DNA of 64,000 bases, from positions 1 through 64,000 of IMG/VR virus record IMGVR_UViG_3300035703_000061. The stretch is one strand, 5' to 3'. A program made the translations under genes and the position numbers. Shown here one piece after another: positions 16,693 through 24,088 of the stretch. Position 1 is the stretch's first letter, and each line of letters opens with the position of its first letter. The DNA comes from a virus. The notes under the pieces were generated by a model. It was not told the origin of the DNA. It saw only the letters and a list, made by a program, of their open reading frames with translations, and did no database searches.

Positions 16693-17388
16693 ATGGTTCA
16701 GCCCAAGCAGAAAAAGCGCAAAACAGAAGGCTGGGTGTATTTCGTGCAATGGGCGAGCATGCCCTATCACGTCAAAATCGGCTTCTCCACATCGCTAGGA
16801 GACCGCTTTGCATCGTTCCTCACGTCATCGCCGGACACGCTGATCGTCGTCAAGGCCTTTGAGGCGAATCGGGACGATGAGCAGGAGCTGCACGAGCGTT
16901 TTGAAAATTCGCGCCATGCAGGCGAATGGTTCCATCTTTCCATTGCAATCAAGAAATATCTTGAAAGCGAAGCGCCTTGTCAGACGCTGGAGGCGAAGAT
17001 TAAATTTGGCAACAGGAATGAAAGTCGCATTCAATGGACGCCAATGCGACCAGGGCTGGCTCAGTCTCTTGAAGCGCTGCATCAGGAGAAGCGCTTGCCT
17101 CGTTATGTGAAGAATGCTCGCACGTTTGTGCTATGGGCCATTGGGGACATTGAAGCTTGTGATTATTTCCCCACGTCTAATGCCATCATTCATCACGAAG
17201 CAAATCGTGATGCTTATCAGGCGAAAACAATTTATAACCAACTTATTGCATTGGAAGAGGAGGAGATGATTGTGAAAAAGTCTGGTAAAACTTTTGCCTT
17301 GCTTCCGAAGGGAGAAAGTGAGCTTATTAAGACAGAAAAGGAAAATGCGCAGAAACGTAAGAGCGCAAGAAGCTTAAGGCTTGATTAA
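16693..17388 (+). CDS. GIY-YIG (T5orf172/MUG113-like) protein with C-terminal winged-helix-like domain
   Basis: GWVYFVQ...VKIGFS...R...EQELHERF...GEWF. Confidence 0.8.
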   Translation: MVQPKQKKRKTEGWVYFVQWASMPYHVKIGFSTSLGDRFASFLTSSPDTLIVVKAFEANRDDEQELHERFENSRHAGEWFHLSIAIKKYLESEAPCQTLEAKIKFGNRNESRIQWTPMRPGLAQSLEALHQEKRLPRYVKNARTFVLWAIGDIEACDYFPTSNAIIHHEANRDAYQAKTIYNQLIALEEEEMIVKKSGKTFALLPKGESELIKTEKENAQKRKSARSLRLD

Positions 17389-17464
17389 AAGCGAAGATTG
17401 TATTAAATGCTGCTTTTCATTTCATAGAAAAGAACTAGCGTAAGATGATCTTCGCTAAAGCATT

Positions 17465-17656
17465 ATGTGGGGCCTGCCTGATCGTCAACCATTTAATATT
17501 GGCCCGTATAAATTGTGGCCATGTTTTAGCAAACCAGAGTTTCAATGGTTTGCTGCCATTAATGGCCAGCCTCATTATTTCCGCACCACTAATGAAGCCA
17601 AATTGTTTGTGAAGGACTTATTGGCAATGGATGATCCAGAAGGGCTTTGCGATTAA
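17465..17656 (+). CDS. hypothetical protein
   Basis: 63-aa ORF with TAAGAT -10 upstream. Confidence 0.65.
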   Translation: MWGLPDRQPFNIGPYKLWPCFSKPEFQWFAAINGQPHYFRTTNEAKLFVKDLLAMDDPEGLCD

Positions 17657-17741
17657 AGCTTTCCTTTCTCTTTCCCATGGTCTTCTTGCGCTAGCCTGCC
17701 TTGGTTGATTCTCGGCCCGCGATGCGGGCCTTTGTCGTCTT

Positions 17742-19172
17742 ATGAAGCTGAAGGAAAAGGCAAAATGTGAGCCGATTGCTCGTACTGGCAGGGTGCAAGA
17801 TTGGCTTGATGATCCTGAAAGCAGGCTTGCCGTTAGTTGCACTACGTTCGTAGTGGACGATTCAATGGAAGGGCCAGATGGTATTGAAGCATCGTGGCGC
17901 TTTGTGAGCCATGCTCTTCGTAATGCCGCTGGTGCCGCAGTGCATCTTTCTGAACTGCGTCCCAAAGGCGAAGATAATGGCAAGGGGCTAATTGCTAGCG
18001 GGCCAGTAAGCTTTGCAAAGATTTATAGCAAGCTCAACGAGATTCTTCGTCGCGGGGGGAAATTTCGCAATGGCGCCGTCACGCTACATCTTGACTACAC
18101 GCATCCCGATGCCATTGAATTTGTTTCCACTTCTCGTAGTGAACTTCCTTGGGCAAAGCGTTGCTTGAACGTTGACAATAATTTTCTTTCCGCGTCGTCT
18201 CCCGAGCTGATTAATGCCTGTCTTCGTGCCATCTCTTCTGGCGATCTCTGGCTCAACAAAATCCGCTACGACAACAATGGAAAGCGGCTACGTCCAAATG
18301 TTTGCCTTGAAGTATATCTTCCGCATCGTGGCACTTGCCTTCTTCAGCACGTTAATTTGGGCGCATGCACGCTGGACAATATTCAAGGAGCTTTCGCTGA
18401 AGGCATGAGGCAGCTTTGTGAGCTGCATCCTGGCACTGGCGTGGGCGACACTGGTGAATATCTTTCCCCTTCCATTGATAAGCAAGTGGGCCTCGGCATT
18501 CTTGGTCTCGCCAATTTTCTTTCCATCCATGGAATTAGCTACAAAGAATTTGGCGAGGCTCTTGATGCTTTCCTAATGGACGATCCCCACCCTTGGGCTC
18601 ATCATTGGAAAGACACCGTGGCCGGAAAAGCCGTCCACGCTTTGTACCAAGGCATTGACGCTGCTGCTGATATTGCTCGTGAGCATGGCATGGAGCGGGC
18701 ATTCTGCATTGCTCCCACTGCTTCGTGTTCCTATCGCTACCTCGACACTCGTGGCTTTACGACAGCCCCTGAAATTGCTCCTCCCATTGATCGGCTTGTG
18801 GATCGCGACAGCGAAACCATGGGCGTTGAACGCTTTGAATATGGGCCAGTAGAAATTGCAGAGGAAGTGGGCTGGGAAGCTTTCCGTAAAGTTGCTGATG
18901 GCATTTGCGAACTTTTCCACCGCACTGGTTTGTTCCATGGTTATTCAATGAATTGGTGGTCTGATCTTGTTTCTTGTGATGAAAGTTTCATTCAAGAGTG
19001 GCTTGATAGTCCGCAAACTTCTGTTTATTACGCCCTTCAAGTGCAAGCTGGCACTCAAGCTAAAGACGATGTTGGAGTAGAATTAGGGGAGAGCCTGAGC
19101 AGCTTCTTTTCCCTTGAGGAGAGCGAAAGTTGTTCATTGGATGGGGGCTTCTGCAGCTCTTGCGCTGAGTAG
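17742..19172 (+). CDS. nrdA: ribonucleotide reductase large subunit, compact cyanophage type
   Basis: VSC, SELRPKG...ASGP, NVCLEV, IAPTASCS, VYY, C-terminal CSSC; paired with a ferritin-like gene. Confidence 0.92.
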   Translation: MKLKEKAKCEPIARTGRVQDWLDDPESRLAVSCTTFVVDDSMEGPDGIEASWRFVSHALRNAAGAAVHLSELRPKGEDNGKGLIASGPVSFAKIYSKLNEILRRGGKFRNGAVTLHLDYTHPDAIEFVSTSRSELPWAKRCLNVDNNFLSASSPELINACLRAISSGDLWLNKIRYDNNGKRLRPNVCLEVYLPHRGTCLLQHVNLGACTLDNIQGAFAEGMRQLCELHPGTGVGDTGEYLSPSIDKQVGLGILGLANFLSIHGISYKEFGEALDAFLMDDPHPWAHHWKDTVAGKAVHALYQGIDAAADIAREHGMERAFCIAPTASCSYRYLDTRGFTTAPEIAPPIDRLVDRDSETMGVERFEYGPVEIAEEVGWEAFRKVADGICELFHRTGLFHGYSMNWWSDLVSCDESFIQEWLDSPQTSVYYALQVQAGTQAKDDVGVELGESLSSFFSLEESESCSLDGGFCSSCAE

Positions 19173-19187
19173 TCCCGATTGATTAAC

Positions 19188-19210
19188 GGGCAGCAAAAGC
19201 TGCCCTTTCT
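19188..19210 (+). terminator. hairpin/terminator between RNR subunits
   Basis: GGGCAGC-AAAA-GCTGCCC followed by TTTCTT. Confidence 0.6.
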
Positions 19211-19240
19211 TGTCTCTTTTTACCATCGCTTGTAATCGAA

Positions 19241-19972
19241 ATGGCAGTTCAAGATTATTTTTCGGCAGTTGCTCGCAAGCGCCCTTGGCAGGCAGTGCCT
19301 GTTACTAAAGGGGAATTTGTCAATGGCTCGGAAGAGACCATTTTTCGTGCATTGGCCATTCGTCATCTTGAGCTTCCCGTGAAGGACATGCTGATGGAAG
19401 GACTGGAGCGCGAGCTTCCCAATACGCCTGGTCTTATTGAAAGCATTCACAGCAACATTCTGGACGAAGAGCGTCATGATCTTGCCTTGAATTATGTCAC
19501 GGCTGCTCATGGCGTTGATGAACAGGCGGAAAAGGAGGCTATGAAGATTCGCCAAGCATGGATTGATCACCCCGCCCATCCCATTGCAAAAGTGGCAGTG
19601 CTTGAGCGGAGCCTGTTCTTTACTATTCTGCCTTTCTTTCGTTTCAATGGAGATAAGGGGCTGCGTACTGTGGCAACGGACATTTCTCGCGACGAGATCT
19701 GTCACGCTTATTGCCACACCAAAATCTGCGAAGAAGCTGGAGAGAAATATGGCGAAAGCTTGAATAAACTGCGCAAGATGACGGCGCTATGGATTTATGA
19801 CAAGCTTGGCGCGTCGTCTAATAAATATCTTGATAAAGATTTTTGGCTGCGCCAGAGTGATGCGTTGTTTATTAATGGCAGGGCTCCTGAGCTGAATGAA
19901 ACCAGAGCCAGCACGGTTCCGGCGTTCTTTGAAACGAATGCGCTAAATTTGCCTGCCTATGGCAAAGCTTGA
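19241..19972 (+). CDS. nrdB: ribonucleotide reductase small (ferritin-like) subunit
   Basis: Metal ligands LELPV, DEERH, LERSLFF, DEICH; adjacent to the alpha subunit. Confidence 0.85.
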   Translation: MAVQDYFSAVARKRPWQAVPVTKGEFVNGSEETIFRALAIRHLELPVKDMLMEGLERELPNTPGLIESIHSNILDEERHDLALNYVTAAHGVDEQAEKEAMKIRQAWIDHPAHPIAKVAVLERSLFFTILPFFRFNGDKGLRTVATDISRDEICHAYCHTKICEEAGEKYGESLNKLRKMTALWIYDKLGASSNKYLDKDFWLRQSDALFINGRAPELNETRASTVPAFFETNALNLPAYGKA

Positions 19973-19979
19973 TGCTATA

Positions 19980-20008
19980 TTGACAAAGTTCCCGCTCTGC
20001 GTTAGCAT
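19980..20008 (+). promoter_or_regulatory. consensus-like sigma70 promoter
   Basis: TTGACA-N17-TAGCAT. Confidence 0.8.
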
Positions 20009-20014
20009 CGGGCA

Positions 20015-20447
20015 GACAGAGCTTAAGCCTCTGAAGCGATTAGCGCTTGTTAATCGCTTCACGCTTAAGCCATTACAGCGGTCGGCGATCACCGTCATGC
20101 GTTCTTCGGATCGCCCGAATGAAAACGAGGCAAATCCCAAAGGTTCGTCCTGTCGGGGGTCGGATGGTAACCGACAAAACCTCCCTCCATTGCTTTGTCA
20201 GTGGAGAGCAGCGCACGGACTGGAAATTTCTGGTCGCCGCGTTTGCGTGATTCGCCCCCAAGCTTAGCTCTCAGACGGAAACCAATTTGTTGGCGCCAGC
20301 AAAATGGTTTCTAGAGATGATGCTCAAACAGGGGGCTCTTGGCCCTGAAGTGTTGGCACACGTTAGGCACCAGCAGCTTCGCTGCGTACGAATGGCCGAA
20401 TGGCCATTCTGAGCCTAGAATTCCGTGGTTCGATTCCCGGCAGCGTC
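20015..20447 (+). ncRNA. putative structured RNA or RNA cluster (~430 nt) ending in a tRNA-like element
   Basis: Begins at the predicted TSS; consecutive closed domains; GGTTCGATTCC T-loop near the 3' end; no credible ORF. Confidence 0.65.
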
Positions 20448-20453
20448 TTTTCC

Positions 20454-20654
20454 ATGGCTCGTTATCGCATCGTCAAACGCGGAGGTTTAGCGAATCCAAC
20501 CAAGGCTTATTACGACGTAGAAGAGCAAGTCTTATGCTTTTGGTTTTGGCAAAATACGTTTACGAAGCTTGAAAGTGCAGAAGCATTAGTAAAAGATCTG
20601 CAAGCGCAAGATAGGCGAATTAAAAGGCAAGTGGTTGGGGAGTATGAAGAATGA
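20454..20654 (+). CDS. hypothetical protein
   Basis: MARYRIVKRG...; coupled to next gene. Confidence 0.7.
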   Translation: MARYRIVKRGGLANPTKAYYDVEEQVLCFWFWQNTFTKLESAEALVKDLQAQDRRIKRQVVGEYEE

Positions 20655-21211
20655 GCGCCTTCGTCATCGCAGATACGCATTTTGGCCACGCCAAAAGCAT
20701 TTCTTTCGTGCGTCCTGATGGCGAATTGCTGCGTCCATTTTCTTCCGTAGAAGAAATGGACGAAACAATGGTGAAACGATGGAATAAGAAAGTAGGCAAG
20801 CGTGATACGATTTACCATCTTGGTGACGTAGTAATTCCTCGTGCAAGTTTGAAAATCCTTGATCGTCTTAATGGACGCAAGATTCTCATTCGCGGGAATC
20901 ATGATATTGGACCATTGAAAGATTTTTCTAAATACTTTGAAGACGTGAGGGGAGCGTTCTTTCATAATGGCGATTCAACCATGAAAGGAGGATTAATTTT
21001 CACCCATATTCCAGTGCATCCAGCATGTCTGTCAGGGCATTATCTGGGCAATGTTCATGGTCATTTGCATTGCCACCAAGTTTTTAATGAAAAAGGAGAA
21101 ATTGATAAGCGTTATTACAATGCTTGTGTGGAAAGGAATGATTTCGCTCCAGTAGCATTTGAAGAGATAAAAGCCTTCTTTAAGGGCCATGACGGAACGC
21201 AGGACTTTTAA
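20651..21211 (+). CDS. calcineurin-like metallophosphoesterase
   Basis: DTH, LGD, GNHD, THIP, HGHLH motifs. Confidence 0.92.
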   Translation: MSAFVIADTHFGHAKSISFVRPDGELLRPFSSVEEMDETMVKRWNKKVGKRDTIYHLGDVVIPRASLKILDRLNGRKILIRGNHDIGPLKDFSKYFEDVRGAFFHNGDSTMKGGLIFTHIPVHPACLSGHYLGNVHGHLHCHQVFNEKGEIDKRYYNACVERNDFAPVAFEEIKAFFKGHDGTQDF

Positions 21212-21413
21212 CACGCCCCTGCGTGAGCCTCTTAATCCCATTATCTACCAATCCTTGCGAGCCATTGATTGGCACAACGCTCAATATTTTCTCACCATGG
21301 ACCAGTGGCATCTTGAAAAAGCTGCCATCATTAGGCAGTACGTTAGAGAGCTAAAGGCTTGGATTTATGAGCAGGAAGAACGCATGGAGAATCTGGGCAA
21401 AGGCTCTGGGTGA
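21189..21413 (+). CDS. hypothetical protein, cyanophage-type
   Basis: FNTPLREP...AIDWHN...WHLEKA...YVRELKAWI. Confidence 0.7.
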   Translation: MTERRTFNTPLREPLNPIIYQSLRAIDWHNAQYFLTMDQWHLEKAAIIRQYVRELKAWIYEQEERMENLGKGSG

Positions 21414-21651
21414 GAAGGCGAGTAAGCATGATCACGAAGCAGACAAAGTGGCGCTCATCCGCACGTTCATCTTTGCATCGTATTTAATCACCAACATTGC
21501 CATCGTTGCTAACGCTTGGCGCCATTGGGAGAAGCAGCCATCTGCTTGCGAACAAGCATTAAAAAGGGGGAGCTTAAGCCCCCAATGCCCTCGGTGGGAT
21601 TTGAACCCACATGAAGAAAATTCTTCTACGGATTTTAAGTCCGTTGCATAA
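21367..21651 (+). CDS. small phage membrane protein
   Basis: WRIWAKALGEKA...EADKVALIRT...RHW; the tail runs antisense into the tRNA. Confidence 0.65.
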   Translation: MSRKNAWRIWAKALGEKASKHDHEADKVALIRTFIFASYLITNIAIVANAWRHWEKQPSACEQALKRGSLSPQCPRWDLNPHEENSSTDFKSVA

Positions 21652-21671
21652 ACCAGTTCTGCTACGAGGGC
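21586..21671 (-). tRNA. tRNA-Leu (anticodon TAA)
   Basis: Acceptor GCCCTCG/CGAGGGC+A, anticodon arm ACGGA-CTTAAAA-TCCGT, long variable arm, GTGGG-TTCAAAT-CCCAC; terminator at 21583-21559. Confidence 0.95.
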
Positions 21672-21679
21672 TCATGAGC

Positions 21680-21832
21680 AAAAGGGGCGTCGAGCGGGGC
21701 TTCAATCCGCCTTGTACGACATTTCAAAACGGGTTGGCCCGTTTCCCCCTTTCCCCTGGTACAGAACAATGGCGCCTGAAACCATTGTTCCTTATTGAAC
21801 TAACGCTGGCCAGCGTGCTTCGCGAAAGCTTC
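21680..21832 (-). ncRNA. structured RNA upstream of, and probably co-transcribed with, tRNA-Leu
   Basis: TGnTATGCT at 21844-21836, then four or more consecutive hairpins with tRNA-like arms. Confidence 0.55.
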
Positions 21833-21857
21833 AAAAGCATAGCATGGCTTTCGCTAC

Positions 21858-22124
21858 TCAAACGTCATATTCTCTACAGGATTGGTCTTCGGGATGAGCA
21901 CGGCAGTAGTCGTCAAAATTTTCTTCACCATCGTGCATCACCTGCTCTAGCAATGTGATTTGCTTTAGGCGCTTGACGTGGGCTTGGAGCTTTGGAAGGA
22001 GAGTGGGGATGTAGAGATGTTCGGCTGCGAGGAGTTGAAGGGCGGTTTGTCTATTGGAGCTGCCACATTCAAGCAATGACACAAGAAACTGCGCCTCTTG
22101 CATAGTTAATTCGCTGTTCTTCAT
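21858..22124 (-). CDS. cp12: CP12-like protein (Calvin-cycle inhibitor C-terminal motif)
   Basis: C-terminus FDDYCRAHPEDQSCREYDV matches the CP12 C-x8-C-R-x-Y-D pattern. Confidence 0.75.
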   Translation of the reverse strand: MKNSELTMQEAQFLVSLLECGSSNRQTALQLLAAEHLYIPTLLPKLQAHVKRLKQITLLEQVMHDGEENFDDYCRAHPEDQSCREYDV

Positions 22125-22155
22125 TTCATAGGAGAACTATTGTTTGAAAATCATA

Positions 22156-23523
22156 CTAGGAGATGAGGCTTTCAATCCAGCCAATATCATCATCTTTGCT
22201 GGCAGCAAGAATGGCGCCTGCCATTGCAAACGCTAAGTCGTCAATTCCTGATGCTTTGCCGCCAGTAACGCTCCATTGCCCACTTGGTTTATAGACGACT
22301 GTTAGATTCTTGAGCTGCATAATTGCCTTCTCATGACGATAGACATTGATCTGTCCTGCATTAAATAGTTCTCGCATCTTGCTAAATGCTTTCATCTTGG
22401 AACTAACGGTCCAAGTGAGTTCAGTGATGGGCAAATCACTGGCAAGGCTTTGAATGGTGCCAGCGCTATTGAACTGGTCCATCACAATGGTGTCGAAAAC
22501 GTACAGGCGATGTTGTTCCTTAATCCAATCTTCCACTGCATTGATATTCACTTCCATTCTTCCATTGATTTCAAAATCAGCCATGAACGAATGGAACTTA
22601 TCAACGACTAACGTGCCATTTTCATAGTGAACAATACAAGCAGTGTAGTCGTCACGACCAACGCCACCACGGGCGGGGTCCAGGGCAAGTACATAGGCCC
22701 CTTGGAATTCAGGGCGTGGTGGTAGAGCTGCCCTGCGATCATCAATACAGGCGTCAATAACATCGCTTGCAACGAGGGCTGAAAGATTGCTTGCGAATTG
22801 CGCCCCATACTCAACTTTAAATTTCTCCGGGTCACGTTGTCTCTCTGTGTCAAGAAACTCTTGCGAAATGCTTGGGTTCATCTCCCATGTTGGGAGATTC
22901 ACCGCTTGCATGAAAGGGAAACGGCCGGAGCTTGCTTCTTTGAAATGCTGATAGAAGATGCCGTCTGTTAGCCATGGTGAGGAGAGTTCAAGGATGCGTC
23001 CTTTCCCTCCGAACTGAGCAATAGCAGGAGAAAGTGCGTCGTAAATGCCACGACCACCACTGTTTGCATCGCCTTCAGTGGCAAAGGCAAGCTCGTCAAA
23101 TACTGCGCCTGCGCAGGCAAGGCCACGAGCGGCACGGCCTGAAGTGGGGATGGCCTTGAATACGCAGTTGTTGCTCAGTTCAATGATGTCGGCGGTTTCG
23201 CGGACAATTTCTTGAGCGAAAGGGCTATCAAGAATGAGCTGGCGAATGTTGTTGAGAGCAATGCGAGCCTGGTCCTGACTGTTTGCTACGGTCACGATGT
23301 ACCATTTTTCGCCTTTCCTTACGCGCCTGCGATATTCGTCTTCCAAGACGAAGCACATATAGACGCAGGCCACGGCTGCCATGACAGTTTTGCCTGATCG
23401 TCGTCCAAGTGCCCACACTGCATGACTCTTATCTGGTTGGAAGAAGGTGTCAAGGATTTTTGCCTGCTGTGGATAGAGATCCAGCTTGAGAGCGTGTTTA
23501 GAAAAGTCAGAACATTTCAGCAT
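22156..23523 (-). CDS. terL: terminase large subunit
   Basis: LYPQQ, Walker A GRRSGKT, Walker B AVFDE, SSP coupling motif, RNase H LALDPA...DDLAFA. Confidence 0.93.
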   Translation of the reverse strand: MLKCSDFSKHALKLDLYPQQAKILDTFFQPDKSHAVWALGRRSGKTVMAAVACVYMCFVLEDEYRRRVRKGEKWYIVTVANSQDQARIALNNIRQLILDSPFAQEIVRETADIIELSNNCVFKAIPTSGRAARGLACAGAVFDELAFATEGDANSGGRGIYDALSPAIAQFGGKGRILELSSPWLTDGIFYQHFKEASSGRFPFMQAVNLPTWEMNPSISQEFLDTERQRDPEKFKVEYGAQFASNLSALVASDVIDACIDDRRAALPPRPEFQGAYVLALDPARGGVGRDDYTACIVHYENGTLVVDKFHSFMADFEINGRMEVNINAVEDWIKEQHRLYVFDTIVMDQFNSAGTIQSLASDLPITELTWTVSSKMKAFSKMRELFNAGQINVYRHEKAIMQLKNLTVVYKPSGQWSVTGGKASGIDDLAFAMAGAILAASKDDDIGWIESLIS

Positions 23524-24013
23524 GGCGCAAATCTATAAGAGGAAGCAATGCAGTTTGAGGAACGAAATAAGCTGGTCTTCCGCCTGCAGGATCTTTCTTC
23601 CATTGTTCCTTCATGGCATCTTCACTCTTCATCCAACCATGGAGAAGAGTGATTTTGTTTTGAATTGTAACCAGCACTAAAGTTTTTCCGGGCTTCTCGT
23701 CTAGTTGGCAGATGAGATCGTAGTCATGACGAGAGCGTGTTTTTACGTCGATGTTGGGAGGTAGATCAAAAGATCCGCGAATGGCTTCTGTTTCTTGATA
23801 GAGAAACTCCCGTAGATGGAGATAATCTGCCACTGCTAGTTCGCCAGCGGCACCAAGCTTGTGAGCGAAAAGAGCCTTCTCCCCCTCTTTCGGTCCTCCA
23901 TTGCGTCCTTTTAGGCCTTTTCTTTCGTTGAAACGCTGCCTGCGCATGGCTTCTGCCCGCACAAGCTCCTTGTCTTCCTCGCTGAAATGGAAAACAATGC
24001 CAAAGCTGGCCAT
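23507..24013 (-). CDS. phage protein with putative PD-(D/E)xK nuclease fold
   Basis: GAAGELAVA...FDL...IDVKT. Confidence 0.6.
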   Translation of the reverse strand: MASFGIVFHFSEEDKELVRAEAMRRQRFNERKGLKGRNGGPKEGEKALFAHKLGAAGELAVADYLHLREFLYQETEAIRGSFDLPPNIDVKTRSRHDYDLICQLDEKPGKTLVLVTIQNKITLLHGWMKSEDAMKEQWKKDPAGGRPAYFVPQTALLPLIDLRHAEMF

Positions 24014-24088
24014 AGTGTGCATAAGCTACGTGACAATGTAGCCGGGTTCTAGAATAAAAGCAACACATCATGACCATAAATAAAGCTT

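Noticed and set aside
17742-19172. Class II (B12) RNR
   Set aside because: The adjacent ferritin-like beta gene indicates class I.
20015-20154. Hammerhead ribozyme or group I intron
   Set aside because: CUGAAGC does not match CUGANGA, I found no P7 core, and no flanking gene is interrupted.
20155-20260. tmRNA
   Set aside because: The 5' end looks similar, but there is no G3-U70 pair, no T-arm before the 3' strand and no tag reading frame.
19959-20572. Short ORFs on both strands over the RNA locus
   Set aside because: No recognisable motifs or coupling, and they overlap a promoter and dense stems.
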